64,000 nucleotides of DNA. Source: an uncultured Rhodobacteraceae bacterium. GTDB taxonomy: Bacteria; Pseudomonadota; Alphaproteobacteria; Rhodobacterales; Rhodobacteraceae. The notes beneath the pieces are model-generated. The model did not search any database, was not told the DNA's origin, and saw nothing but the letters and a program-made list of their open reading frames with translations. A program made the position numbers and the translations under genes. Positions 1 through 8,960 of this stretch are shown piece by piece (position 1 is the first letter of the stretch; the number at the start of each line of letters is the position of its first letter). The stretch spans positions 8,224 through 72,223 of the forward strand of contig CANMWG010000002.1 of the NCBI GenBank assembly GCA_947501555.1, read 5' to 3'.

Positions 1-420
1 GATGGTGCTTTCGGGTGTCAGAAGACCGCTGCGGAATGTGCCCGCGATCTTGTCGTAATTGTCGATTTTGGTTGTATCCATGGCCTGTAGGTTGCCCGCG
101 GCCCAGACCTTTTTACAGATGAAGTATTCGATATCGGCAATGTCAAAGCTGTTTGGCTGGGTGGCGGCGCGCTGTGTAACGCTATCAGTGTCCAGTGCTG
201 TCATCTCAAGCGTAAAGCCAAGGTCTTCTTGCACCTTCATCGCCACATCATTCAGGTTCGACACCCCCGTCCCGAACTGGCGGAGTTTCACGTCCTTGAT
301 ATTCTGGGCCCAAAGCATTGGTGCCCCCAGCGTCGTTGAGCCTGCAGCGACTGCTGTTGATGCGGCCCCTTTCAACAACGCACGGCGGCTGAGGCCGTTT
401 CGATGAGTGTATTTTGTCAT
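1..420 (-). CDS. ABC transporter periplasmic substrate-binding protein; N-terminal part only, gene runs off the left edge
   Basis: Reverse complement from the ATG at 418-420 reads MTKYTHRNGLSRRALLKGAASTAVAAGSTTLGAPMLWAQ..., a twin-arginine type signal (SRRALLKG). It lies 40 nt downstream of the ABC ATPase on the same strand. It is absent from the ORF track because it is truncated by the window edge. Confidence 0.7.
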   Translation of the reverse strand, partial: MTKYTHRNGLSRRALLKGAASTAVAAGSTTLGAPMLWAQNIKDVKLRQFGTGVSNLNDVAMKVQEDLGFTLEMTALDTDSVTQRAATQPNSFDIADIEYFICKKVWAAGNLQAMDTTKIDNYDKIAGTFRSGLLTPESTI

Positions 421-460
421 TTGGTCGTCTCCTTGTCAGATTGTCTAAATGCGCCGCAGT

Positions 461-1441
461 TCATGCGGTCAGTTTGTGTTGATCGTTGGCGTCCCAGTGC
501 AGACCGATTTGGTCACCGGGGTGGTGCGGGTTCGCAAAGAATGTTGCGTCAGGGATAAGCGCCAAAACCTCTTGGTCGCCTGTTATCCGCGCGGACAAAG
601 ACACATGGGTGCCCTGATATTCCACGGCCGTCACATTGCCCGCGACAGACCCTTTTGCGGGTTCAGTGACAGAAACCGCATCAGCGCGGACCGCGAAGTG
701 ACCTGTTGGCAGCGCGATCACATTATGCCCACCCATGAACTGGGCGACAAACCGGGTTTGCGGCGTGTTAAAGACGTCCCGGGCGGGACCTGCCTGTTCA
801 ATCACCGCGTTGTTCATCACAATGATATCGTCCGCCAAAGCCAGCGCTTCGTCTTGGCCATGGGTGACGTGAATAAAGCTAATGCCGAGTTCTTTTTGCA
901 GTTTGCGCAGTTCCGCACGCATGCGGACACGCAAGAACGGATCAAGGGCTGACAGCGGCTCATCCAGCAACAAAACCTGCGGGCGGGTAATGAGCGCGCG
1001 CGCGAGGGCAACACGCTGCTGTTGCCCGCCAGACAGTTGATCGGGCAGCCGATCTGCGAGGTTCGTCAGATCGACCAGGTCCAGCATCTCTCGGGCTTGG
1101 GCGTGCCGTTTGGCGGTCTCTGTCCCCTTCATTTTAAGACTGAAGGCCACGTTGTCCAATACGCTTAAGTGAGGAAACAAAGCATAGTTTTGAAACATCA
1201 TCGCAGTGCCGCGCTTTGCGGGCGGCAGATGCGAAATGTCGCGCCCTGCCAGCAGAATTGAGCCATCGCTGACAGTTTCATGACCAGCAATCATCCGTAG
1301 GGTCGAGGATTTTCCGCAGCCTGATGGGCCCAGCAAGCAGGTGTAGCTGTCGGGCTTGAAGCGATAGCTAATCGCGTCCACGGCGACCGTCGCACCATAT
1401 TGTTTGGTCACCGAGACCAATTCTAAATCTTGCTTGCTCAC
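461..1441 (-). CDS. ABC transporter ATP-binding protein (PotA/polyamine-type, with C-terminal TOBE-like region)
   Basis: Walker A GPSGCGKSS, signature LSGGQQQRVALARAL, Walker B LLLDEPLSALD, H-loop VTHGQDEA. 326 aa. Confidence 0.9.
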   Translation of the reverse strand: MSKQDLELVSVTKQYGATVAVDAISYRFKPDSYTCLLGPSGCGKSSTLRMIAGHETVSDGSILLAGRDISHLPPAKRGTAMMFQNYALFPHLSVLDNVAFSLKMKGTETAKRHAQAREMLDLVDLTNLADRLPDQLSGGQQQRVALARALITRPQVLLLDEPLSALDPFLRVRMRAELRKLQKELGISFIHVTHGQDEALALADDIIVMNNAVIEQAGPARDVFNTPQTRFVAQFMGGHNVIALPTGHFAVRADAVSVTEPAKGSVAGNVTAVEYQGTHVSLSARITGDQEVLALIPDATFFANPHHPGDQIGLHWDANDQHKLTA

Positions 1442-1588
1442 TCGGGGCCCCCAAACGGAAAATCGGGTTCAGCAGCGCCGCTGCCCTCATGTGACGCAAT
1501 CGTTTTGATGCTAAGAGGCTAGAGTTTTGGAGTGTTGGGCTATTTTTTGGGCAGCCCCAGGTCATCGTGCTGAAGTTTTGCACACAAT

Positions 1589-1600
1589 ATTGTATACAAT
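1589..1600. promoter_or_regulatory. Putative GntR-family operator, a perfect 12-bp palindrome ATTGTATACAAT
   Basis: Perfect palindrome with a GT-N-AC core in the 237-bp divergent region between the ABC ATPase and the GntR gene. A related half-site TTGTAGATTGT lies 4 nt downstream. Confidence 0.45.
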
Positions 1601-1678
1601 CATGTTGTAGATTGTGCGAAATTTAATGGGGTTGTGTCTTGAATATCGCTCTGCCATTTCGATGCAAAGGAGACCTCC

Positions 1679-2389
1679 ATGACGCTCAATGCGCCAAATA
1701 CCGGTAAGGCCAATATGACAGCTGAGTCGATTGCGAGCGCTTTGTCACTGGCCATTCATGAACACCGCTTGGCGCCGGGCACCAAGCTGGGCGAAGATGA
1801 CCTGTCGGACATCTACGGGGTGTCACGCACGACGGTGCGGACAGCACTCTTATCGCTTTCACATCAACAGATCATAGAGATCAAGCGCAACCGCGGTGCA
1901 TTCGTGGCGCAACCCAGCCTCATTGAGGCCCACGAAGTCTTTGAGGCGCGCGAATTGCTGGAGCCACGGACCGCCCGAAGCGCTGCACTCCATGCAACGC
2001 CAGACGACGTTGCCCTGCTCAAAGATCATATCACACAAGAACACGCGGCATTAGACGCAGGTGATCGCGGGCGCGCATTATACCTGTCTGGCAAATTCCA
2101 TCTTGAAATAGCACGGATCGCGAAACAGCAGACTGTCGCGGACATGATAAATGTCCTGATTGCCCGTTCATCGCTGATCATCGCGCTATACTGGCGACGT
2201 GAGAGCGCATTATGCGAAAGCCAAGCGCACCATGCCTTAATCAAGGCGATCGGCGAGAACGACGGCACGCGGTCCGAAGAACTCATGCAAAGCCATCTCG
2301 TCGACCTGCATTCCGCACTTAATCTCCACGAACTGCCTCCGGTCGAGCAAAACTTGCGCGCCATGTTGTTGGGCGACGCACAGCGCTAA
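1679..2389 (+). CDS. GntR family transcriptional regulator (FadR/FCD subfamily)
   Basis: N-terminal winged HTH (LGEDDLSDIYGVSRTTVRTALLSLSHQQIIEIKRNRGAFV) plus an all-helical C-terminal domain. AAGGAG ribosome-binding site lies 6 nt upstream of the ATG. Confidence 0.88.
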   Translation: MTLNAPNTGKANMTAESIASALSLAIHEHRLAPGTKLGEDDLSDIYGVSRTTVRTALLSLSHQQIIEIKRNRGAFVAQPSLIEAHEVFEARELLEPRTARSAALHATPDDVALLKDHITQEHAALDAGDRGRALYLSGKFHLEIARIAKQQTVADMINVLIARSSLIIALYWRRESALCESQAHHALIKAIGENDGTRSEELMQSHLVDLHSALNLHELPPVEQNLRAMLLGDAQR

Positions 2390-2633
2390 ACGCATCCTTA
2401 GCGGTGCGATCTGCAGTGGGGCAATAGATGCAGCTGCAGGTTCCTATACATACGCAATCTGTACGGCATCTGTCCGCATTGCATACTGTCCCAGACTCCT
2501 TCCAACAGACTTTCAGGGCCATCTGAGGCCGTTGTGCACCTTTTGCCGGGTTTTCAGCCCCGTTAACGGAACAACCTTGCGCGTCCGCCCAGCACTGCTA
2601 GGTTCCCCCCGAAACAAAATTCGGAGCAACCCC

Positions 2634-3797
2634 ATGCGCCTCGCCCTTGTCCTAAGCCTATTTGCCAGCACCGCCACAGCCCAGACTTGCGGCGGCCCGG
2701 TTGGCGAATTTATCAATGGTATCAAAGCCGAAGCAGTTGCCACAGGGATCCCCGCAGACACTGTCGATCAGTTCTTTGCAGGCGCACAGATTGATCAATC
2801 CGTGATCCGGGCGGACCGCTCCCAGGGCGTGTTCCAAAAGGATTTTGTCAGCTTCTCGCGGGCGCTCATCTCGCAAAACCGGATCGACAACGGACAGGCG
2901 AACAGCCAACGCTATGACAGCACCTTTCGTGAGATCGAACAGCGCTTCGGCATCTCCCGCGGTGTCCTCCTTGCCTTCTGGGCATTCGAGACCGACTACG
3001 GCCAGGTGCAGGGCAGTTTCAACACGCGCAACGCGCTTTTGACACTGGCACATGACTGCCGCAGACCCGAGCTGTTCCGCCCGCAACTTGTTGCAGCTAT
3101 TGAACTTTTCCGACGCGGCGGCATGGATCCGGCACGGACGACGGGGGCCTGGGCCGGCGAGATTGGCCAGCTGCAAAAACTCCCGCGTGAGATCGTGCGC
3201 CAAGGTCTTGACGGGGATGGCGATGGTGTCGTGAACCTGAAAACTTCCGCCCCTGACGCGTTGATGACCGGCGCCAATGTGCTCTCTTCGCTCGGCTGGC
3301 GGGCTGGTGAGCCGTGGTTGCAAGAGGTGGTTCTGCCCGACAATCTTGACTGGTCGCAAACCGGCCTGAACCACAAAGCCAGCGTGCGCGACTGGGCCGC
3401 CCAAGGCGTCCGCGCGCGGCAAGGAAACCTCGGTCCTGCCAACCTGCAATCCTCGATCCTGTTGCCCATGGGGCGCAACGGTCCGGCCTTCATCGCCTAT
3501 CCGAATTTCGAGGTCTATTTCGACTGGAATAAAAGCTTCGTTTACGTGACAACTGCCGCTTATTTTGCCACGCGGCTGAGCGGCGCGCAGGTCTATGACG
3601 CGGGCAATCCAAGCGCCCCGCTGTCTGGCGCGCAGATGCAACAACTGCAGCAAAAGCTGACCGCGCGCGGGCATGACGTTGGCGGTATTGACGGGATCCT
3701 CGGGGCGATGACACGGGCCGCCGTGCAGGCCGAACAGGTCCGGCTCGGGATGCCCGCAGACGCATGGCCGACCCTTGATTTGCTCAATCGTTTGTAA
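2634..3797 (+). CDS. Lytic murein transglycosylase (MltB/SLT_2-like) with C-terminal peptidoglycan-binding domain
   Basis: Signal peptide MRLALVLSLFASTATAQ, an ETDYG motif region, and a C-terminal PG_binding_1-like GIDGILGAMTRAAV. The ORF-track start at 2532 is probably too far upstream. Confidence 0.85.
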   Translation: MRLALVLSLFASTATAQTCGGPVGEFINGIKAEAVATGIPADTVDQFFAGAQIDQSVIRADRSQGVFQKDFVSFSRALISQNRIDNGQANSQRYDSTFREIEQRFGISRGVLLAFWAFETDYGQVQGSFNTRNALLTLAHDCRRPELFRPQLVAAIELFRRGGMDPARTTGAWAGEIGQLQKLPREIVRQGLDGDGDGVVNLKTSAPDALMTGANVLSSLGWRAGEPWLQEVVLPDNLDWSQTGLNHKASVRDWAAQGVRARQGNLGPANLQSSILLPMGRNGPAFIAYPNFEVYFDWNKSFVYVTTAAYFATRLSGAQVYDAGNPSAPLSGAQMQQLQQKLTARGHDVGGIDGILGAMTRAAVQAEQVRLGMPADAWPTLDLLNRL

Positions 3798-3800
3798 GGG

Positions 3801-4172
3801 TTAGCGGATTTCGCGCACAGGAAAGCGTTGCCCATCTTCGGTCAACAGGACAAGGCGATCGCCTGACTGCACGAACATATCACAACGGCTGCGCAACGTG
3901 CGAAAGTCGATGCAAACAACCCCATCTGACGCAATGCGATGCACGCCGAACCAGCTCTCGCCACCATTCGCGGCGCTATAGGTCCAGCTATAGCTGCCAC
4001 CCGGTGAATAACGCGAAATGCCACCGTCAAAGAACTCCAGATCATAGCCATGGATGGCGGTCGCAACACCTGCGGCATCCAAATGCACATCAGACGGGCG
4101 GGTGCTATAACTCTGCGCAAAAGCTGCAGAACCAAACAGGTAAAAAATGTAAACAAGACGGATCATCGGCAC
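3801..4172 (-). CDS. Hypothetical secreted protein (123 aa)
   Basis: N-terminal signal-like IRLVYIFYLFGSAAFAQ. No recognisable domain. Convergent with the transglycosylase gene. Confidence 0.55.
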   Translation of the reverse strand: MPMIRLVYIFYLFGSAAFAQSYSTRPSDVHLDAAGVATAIHGYDLEFFDGGISRYSPGGSYSWTYSAANGGESWFGVHRIASDGVVCIDFRTLRSRCDMFVQSGDRLVLLTEDGQRFPVREIR

Positions 4173-4266
4173 AGCTTACTGCAATCCAGTAGGCACGCAA
4201 TTCACGTCTAAGTGTCAAACGGGATGGCGGGCGGGGCGTCTTGCGCAGCAAAAGCGGCGCCAGACA

Positions 4267-7200
4267 TCACGCCACCATCGCAGCCGCTTTTTTGAGATCC
4301 ACAGAGACTAGCTGCGAAACACCCTGCTCACCCATCGTGACACCAAACAACCGGTCCATCCGGCTCATGGTGACAGCGTGGTGTGTGATGATCAAAAACC
4401 GGGTATCGGTCCGACGGGTCATCTCATCCAGCAGATCGCAGAAACGGGTTACATTGGCATCGTCCAAAGGCGCATCAACCTCGTCCAACACACAAATCGG
4501 CGCAGGGTTGGCCAGGAACACCGCAAAAATCAGCGCCAGCGCCGTCAGCGTCTGCTCACCACCCGACAGCAATGACAAGGTGCTCAACTTCTTACCAGGC
4601 GGTTGGCACATGATCTCCAGACCCGCCTCAAGCGGGTCATCGGATTCGACCAATACCAGCTTGGCCTCACCGCCCCCAAACAGGTGGGTAAACAACAGTC
4701 CAAAGTTATCGTTGACCTGCTCAAACGCCGTCAATAGGCGCTCGCGCCCCTCCTTGTTCAGGCTCGCAATGCCCGAGCGCAAGGCCGCAATCGCCGCCTC
4801 GAGGTCAGCCTTTTCGTTGACCAGCGCATCATGCTCGACCTGCACTTCCTTGGCATCTTCTTCGGCGCGCAGGTTTACAGCACCTAGGCTATCGCGTTGC
4901 CGCTTCAGGGCATTGACCTCGCCCTCGATTTTCTCCGAAGGCGGCATCTGATCGACGTCAACGTCCAAGGTTTCCAATAGCTTATCCGGCGTGACCTCTT
5001 GCGCCTCCATGATCCGCTCGGCTGCATAAGCGACAGTTTCACGGGCCGCATCCGCGCGGGCCTCGGACCGTGCGCGGGCCTCGCGCGCTTCTGATGCCAG
5101 ACGTTCCGCCTCGCGCTCCAGATGTCCCACGTCGCGCAGGACGCCTTCTGCATGGGCCAACTTATCAGCCGACGCTTTGCGCCGGGTCTCCGCCTCGTCA
5201 ATCGCATCGGCCAATTCGGCCCGTTTGGCCGCTATTTCTTCCGGGGCCGCTGTCGCCTCAGCCAATTCCGCCTCGGACTGGGTCTTGCGTTCGGCCAATT
5301 CCGCCGTGCGTTTATTTGCGGTCTCAAGGCGGTGCTTCCAGCCAGAAATCTCCTTGGTAATCTCTTGGGATCGCTTCAGCCGCTGTTCCCCTTCGCGGCG
5401 CACCTCATCATGTGCGGACCGGCGCGACATCATCGTAATCCGCGCAGCCTCAACCGTCATTTTCACATCTTCAACTGACGCGCGGGCCGTGTCCAGATCA
5501 CCCAGATCAGCCGCCGCTTTTTCCGCCTCGGCCAATGCTTTGCGGGCGCCCATCGCCTCTTCTTCGTGGCGGGCGACAGCCAAGCCAAGGCTTTCCAACT
5601 TGCCCTGTGACAGGTTGCGATCCGCCTCAGCCCGGCTGGCCGCGCGATTGGCATCCGCCACCGCCCGATCCGCGTCACGGCGGGCATTGCGGGCAGCATG
5701 ATCCGCCTCTGTTTGATCTTTCAACATCAGCGTCAGCGTCTCATGGGCTTGGGCAGCACCTTGGGCAGTCGCCGCGGCCTCTTCCAGATCGCGCTTCAGC
5801 TCGGTGAGGCGGTTCAACTGTTGTAAACGCAAGGCTGCCGCCGATGGCGCATCCTCTGCCCCAGCCCGAAACCCATCCCAGCGCCACAAATCTCCCTCAA
5901 CCGACACCAACCGCTGCCCTGGTTTCAGATCCGCCTGCAAACGCGGACCATCCGCCGCATCAACCAGCCCAACCTGAGACATGCGGCGGGCCAAGACCTC
6001 GGGCACCGTCACATAGTTGGTCAAGGCCTTCACACCTTCCGGCAAGGTCTGTGGCGCGGCATAACCGGGTAGTAAGGCCCAACCAGATGGCGCATCTGCG
6101 GCAATCTCTGGCGCGCGTAGATCATCCGCCAAGGCCGCGCCAAGCGCTTTTTCATAGCCCCCCTGCACACGCAGCAGATCAAGCACCTGCCCGCCTTCTG
6201 CGGTGTCCCGTTCCACCAGCTTGGCCAAGGCCGCCACCTCGGCGCGCAGCGCGTTGGCTTCGCCTTCCGCTTCGGAGCGCAACCCACGCGCGTCGCTTTC
6301 ACGGGCTTGGGTTTCCGCGCGCGCGGCCTCTGCCGCAACCAGCGCCTGATCAGCGGCTTCCGCGGCAGCAACAGCCGCAGCTTCCGCGTCACCGGCACCC
6401 GCAAAGTCAGCCTCGGCTTTGGCCAATGCGGCCTGTGCATCACCCATGGCGACTTTCGCACGCCCGGCTTCTGCCTCGCTTTTTTCCAGCGTTGTGCGGT
6501 TATCATCCAACAGACGCTGGGCGGACTGATGGCGGGCGGCCAAGCGGGCCACGTCCTCAGTCAATTGTGCGGAATCGGCTTCGCGTTGCTGCAGCACCCC
6601 AGCGGCTTCACGGGCAGCAACCTGGGCGGCCTCCAGCCGTTCCTCATGCCCTTGGCCAGCCTTTGCGATCTCACCAGCTTCCCATTCGAGCCGCGCGATC
6701 GTCTCACCGGCATCCTTGTTCAACCCGCTTTCGCGCTCCATGTCGCGGCCCAGCTGATCGATCCTGGCACGCAAAGTCTCGATCATTTCCAGGGCGCGTT
6801 CTTCCTGATCCTTCAGCGTGTCACGCTGAACTTGCAGGCGTTGCAGCACGGCCGCCGCAATCGCCTCTTCCTCGCGCAAAGCAGGCAGGGCATCCTCGGC
6901 CATCTGCCGACCTTTGGAGGCATCGCGCGCATCCTTTTCGGCCTTGGCCGCCGCGGTCGTGCGCTCGCGCAGCTGCTCAGAAGCGGCCAGCAAAGCTTCG
7001 TCCGCTTCCTTCCAGCGCCGGAACAACAACATGCCTTCCGCCTTGCGCAGCTTTTCCCCGATCTCGCGATACCGCGCCGCTTGACGCGCCTGACGGGCCA
7101 GTTGCGCCAATTGCGCGGCCAACTGTTCAATCACATCATCCACACGGGTCAGGTTCGTTTCGGCCCCTTTTAGCTTCAGCTCGGCCTCATGACGGCGCTG

Positions 7201-7722
7201 ATAGAGCCCAGAAATCCCAGCGGCCTCTTCCAATATCCGGCGGCGGGCCTTGGGTTTGGCGTTGATCAGTTCCGAAATCTGGCCCTGCCGGACCAAGGCA
7301 GGCGAATGCGCCCCAGTTGATGCATCAGCGAACAACATCTGCACATCACGGGCGCGGACATCCTTGGCACCCACCTTATAGGCGGACCCCGCATCGCGGG
7401 TGATCCGGCGGATAATCTCAAGGTTATCTTCGTCATTGAACGCGGCTGGGGCGAGCCTTTCGCCATTGTCGATGATCAGAGACACTTCGGCAAAATTCCG
7501 GGCCGGGCGGGTCGAGGCACCGGCAAAGATCACGTCTTCCATGCTACCGCCGCGCATGGCCTTATGACGGTTTTCACCCATGACCCAACGCAGGGCTTCA
7601 AGCAAGTTCGACTTTCCACAGCCGTTTGGACCCACCACACCGGTCAGACCATCGGCGATGATCAGGTCAGTGGGGTCCACAAAGCTTTTGAAGCCATTCA
7701 ATCGAAGTTTACTAAAACGCAC
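4267..7722 (-). CDS. smc: Chromosome segregation protein SMC
   Basis: 1151 aa. N-terminal Walker A GPNGCGKSN, long Ala/Glu/Arg-rich coiled coils, a central hinge, C-terminal LSGGEQTLTALALIFAVF and Walker B VLDEVDAPLD. Confidence 0.97.
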   Translation of the reverse strand: MRFSKLRLNGFKSFVDPTDLIIADGLTGVVGPNGCGKSNLLEALRWVMGENRHKAMRGGSMEDVIFAGASTRPARNFAEVSLIIDNGERLAPAAFNDEDNLEIIRRITRDAGSAYKVGAKDVRARDVQMLFADASTGAHSPALVRQGQISELINAKPKARRRILEEAAGISGLYQRRHEAELKLKGAETNLTRVDDVIEQLAAQLAQLARQARQAARYREIGEKLRKAEGMLLFRRWKEADEALLAASEQLRERTTAAAKAEKDARDASKGRQMAEDALPALREEEAIAAAVLQRLQVQRDTLKDQEERALEMIETLRARIDQLGRDMERESGLNKDAGETIARLEWEAGEIAKAGQGHEERLEAAQVAAREAAGVLQQREADSAQLTEDVARLAARHQSAQRLLDDNRTTLEKSEAEAGRAKVAMGDAQAALAKAEADFAGAGDAEAAAVAAAEAADQALVAAEAARAETQARESDARGLRSEAEGEANALRAEVAALAKLVERDTAEGGQVLDLLRVQGGYEKALGAALADDLRAPEIAADAPSGWALLPGYAAPQTLPEGVKALTNYVTVPEVLARRMSQVGLVDAADGPRLQADLKPGQRLVSVEGDLWRWDGFRAGAEDAPSAAALRLQQLNRLTELKRDLEEAAATAQGAAQAHETLTLMLKDQTEADHAARNARRDADRAVADANRAASRAEADRNLSQGKLESLGLAVARHEEEAMGARKALAEAEKAAADLGDLDTARASVEDVKMTVEAARITMMSRRSAHDEVRREGEQRLKRSQEITKEISGWKHRLETANKRTAELAERKTQSEAELAEATAAPEEIAAKRAELADAIDEAETRRKASADKLAHAEGVLRDVGHLEREAERLASEAREARARSEARADAARETVAYAAERIMEAQEVTPDKLLETLDVDVDQMPPSEKIEGEVNALKRQRDSLGAVNLRAEEDAKEVQVEHDALVNEKADLEAAIAALRSGIASLNKEGRERLLTAFEQVNDNFGLLFTHLFGGGEAKLVLVESDDPLEAGLEIMCQPPGKKLSTLSLLSGGEQTLTALALIFAVFLANPAPICVLDEVDAPLDDANVTRFCDLLDEMTRRTDTRFLIITHHAVTMSRMDRLFGVTMGEQGVSQLVSVDLKKAAAMVA

Positions 7723-7954
7723 GGACTACCTGCTCTTGATTCCCTCAAGTTGACAAAGCCTGTCCCCGCAAGCCCCTCCGAGTCAACGAAAGCAAACTAA
7801 ATAAGGCCAAAACACGCCACTTATCCACAAGATATTGCGCTCTTCATCATCATTGAGCCCAAAAACGCACGTGCCAGACGCATCATTTCCGCCGCCGCCT
7901 GCATGACAAACGTCGCATTCCGTCTTGACGGCCACACAAACAAAGGCGCACAAA

Positions 7955-8190
7955 CGCTGGGCATGGTTCCCCGTACGTCGCAAAAGCGTCAGGGGATCAA
8001 ATGGGAATGTGGACGGGCCGATCCAAACCGGGTGCCTCAAGCCACAGCCGCCCCCGCGACTGTATGCGGAGAGTGCTTTGCGAACGACGCCACTGGGAAA
8101 CCGGGAAGGCCGCAAAGTGCATCGACCCGCAAGCCAGGAGACCAGCCATGCGTTGAAACTGTAACCTGCCGTCGGGGATGACGGTATAGG
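7955..8190 (+). promoter_or_regulatory. Cobalamin (B12) riboswitch with expression platform
   Basis: P1 GCATGG (7961-7966) pairs with CCATGC (8146-8151). Conserved elements: AAATGGGAA (7999-8007), GCCGCCCCCGCGACTGTA (8047-8064), CACTGGGAAACCGGGAAGGC (8091-8110) and the B12 box AAGCCAGGAGACCAGCC (8131-8147). It sits directly upstream of the transporter/cobW genes. Confidence 0.88.
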
Positions 8191-8200
8191 AGAAAAGACA

Positions 8201-8881
8201 ATGCATATCGAACCCGGCGTCGTTCACGGCGCAAAAATGGCCCTTGCCACTATCACCGCTGCCGGCGGTCTGGCCTTTACAGCCAAACTGGCCGTTGATG
8301 AAATCAAGGCCCGCGGCATCGTGCCCTTGATCACACGTAGCGTCATCGCAACGCTGGCTGTGTTCATCTTCTTTGAAGTGCTGCCGCATTTCGCCGTTGG
8401 CATCTCTGAGGTCCACTTTATCTTGGGGACCACAATCCTGTTACTGCTGGGCACTGCGCCTGCGGCAATCGGGCTGGCCGCTGGGTTGCTGGTCCAGGGT
8501 GCACTTTTTGCCCCATCGGATCTGCCGATGTACTTCGTGAACGTCACAACACTGCTGGTTCCACTGTTTGCCATTGCCGAAATGGCCAAACGGATCATCG
8601 CACCGAACACGGCTTATGTTGACCTCAGCTACGGACAAGCCCTGAAACTTTCCGCAGCCTACCAAGGTGGCGTTGTTGCCTGGGTGGCCTTCTGGGCAAT
8701 CTACGGCCAAGGCTTCGGCGCAGAAAATATGGCGGCCGTGCTGTCGTTTGGTGCCGCTTACATGTTGGTTGTGATTATCGAGCCTGTCGCCGATCTGGCC
8801 GTGCTTGCCGGTGCCAAAGCCGGGCGCAACTACCTGCAAAACGCGCATCTGACGACGCCGCGCCTGCACAGCGCCGTTTAA
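8201..8881 (+). CDS. CbiM-like membrane protein, putative cobalt uptake component (solitary, B12-riboswitch controlled)
   Basis: About 7 predicted TM helices. N-terminus MHIEPG resembles the metal-binding Met1-His2 terminus of CbiM. VHFILGTTILLLLG resembles the CbiM core. GGAG ribosome-binding site upstream. Downstream of the riboswitch and upstream of cobW. Confidence 0.65.
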   Translation: MHIEPGVVHGAKMALATITAAGGLAFTAKLAVDEIKARGIVPLITRSVIATLAVFIFFEVLPHFAVGISEVHFILGTTILLLLGTAPAAIGLAAGLLVQGALFAPSDLPMYFVNVTTLLVPLFAIAEMAKRIIAPNTAYVDLSYGQALKLSAAYQGGVVAWVAFWAIYGQGFGAENMAAVLSFGAAYMLVVIIEPVADLAVLAGAKAGRNYLQNAHLTTPRLHSAV

Positions 8882-8960
8882 AGCGCCAGACAAAACATGA
8901 CATATGGCGGTCCCGCAGGGGCCGTCATTCCGTTTGGTCACACCCGATAGGACAAATTCC

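Noticed and set aside
2658-3674. A 338-aa minus-strand ORF opposite the lytic transglycosylase gene.
   Set aside because: It is an antisense shadow ORF. The + strand product has clear SLT_2 and PG-binding motifs.
5844-7265. A 473-aa + strand ORF, plus several 90-290-aa ORFs on both strands, inside smc.
   Set aside because: The sequences are Pro/Arg/Ala-rich and low-complexity. They lie antisense or out of frame to a gene with unmistakable SMC motifs, which is the typical artefact of GC-rich coiled-coil coding sequence.
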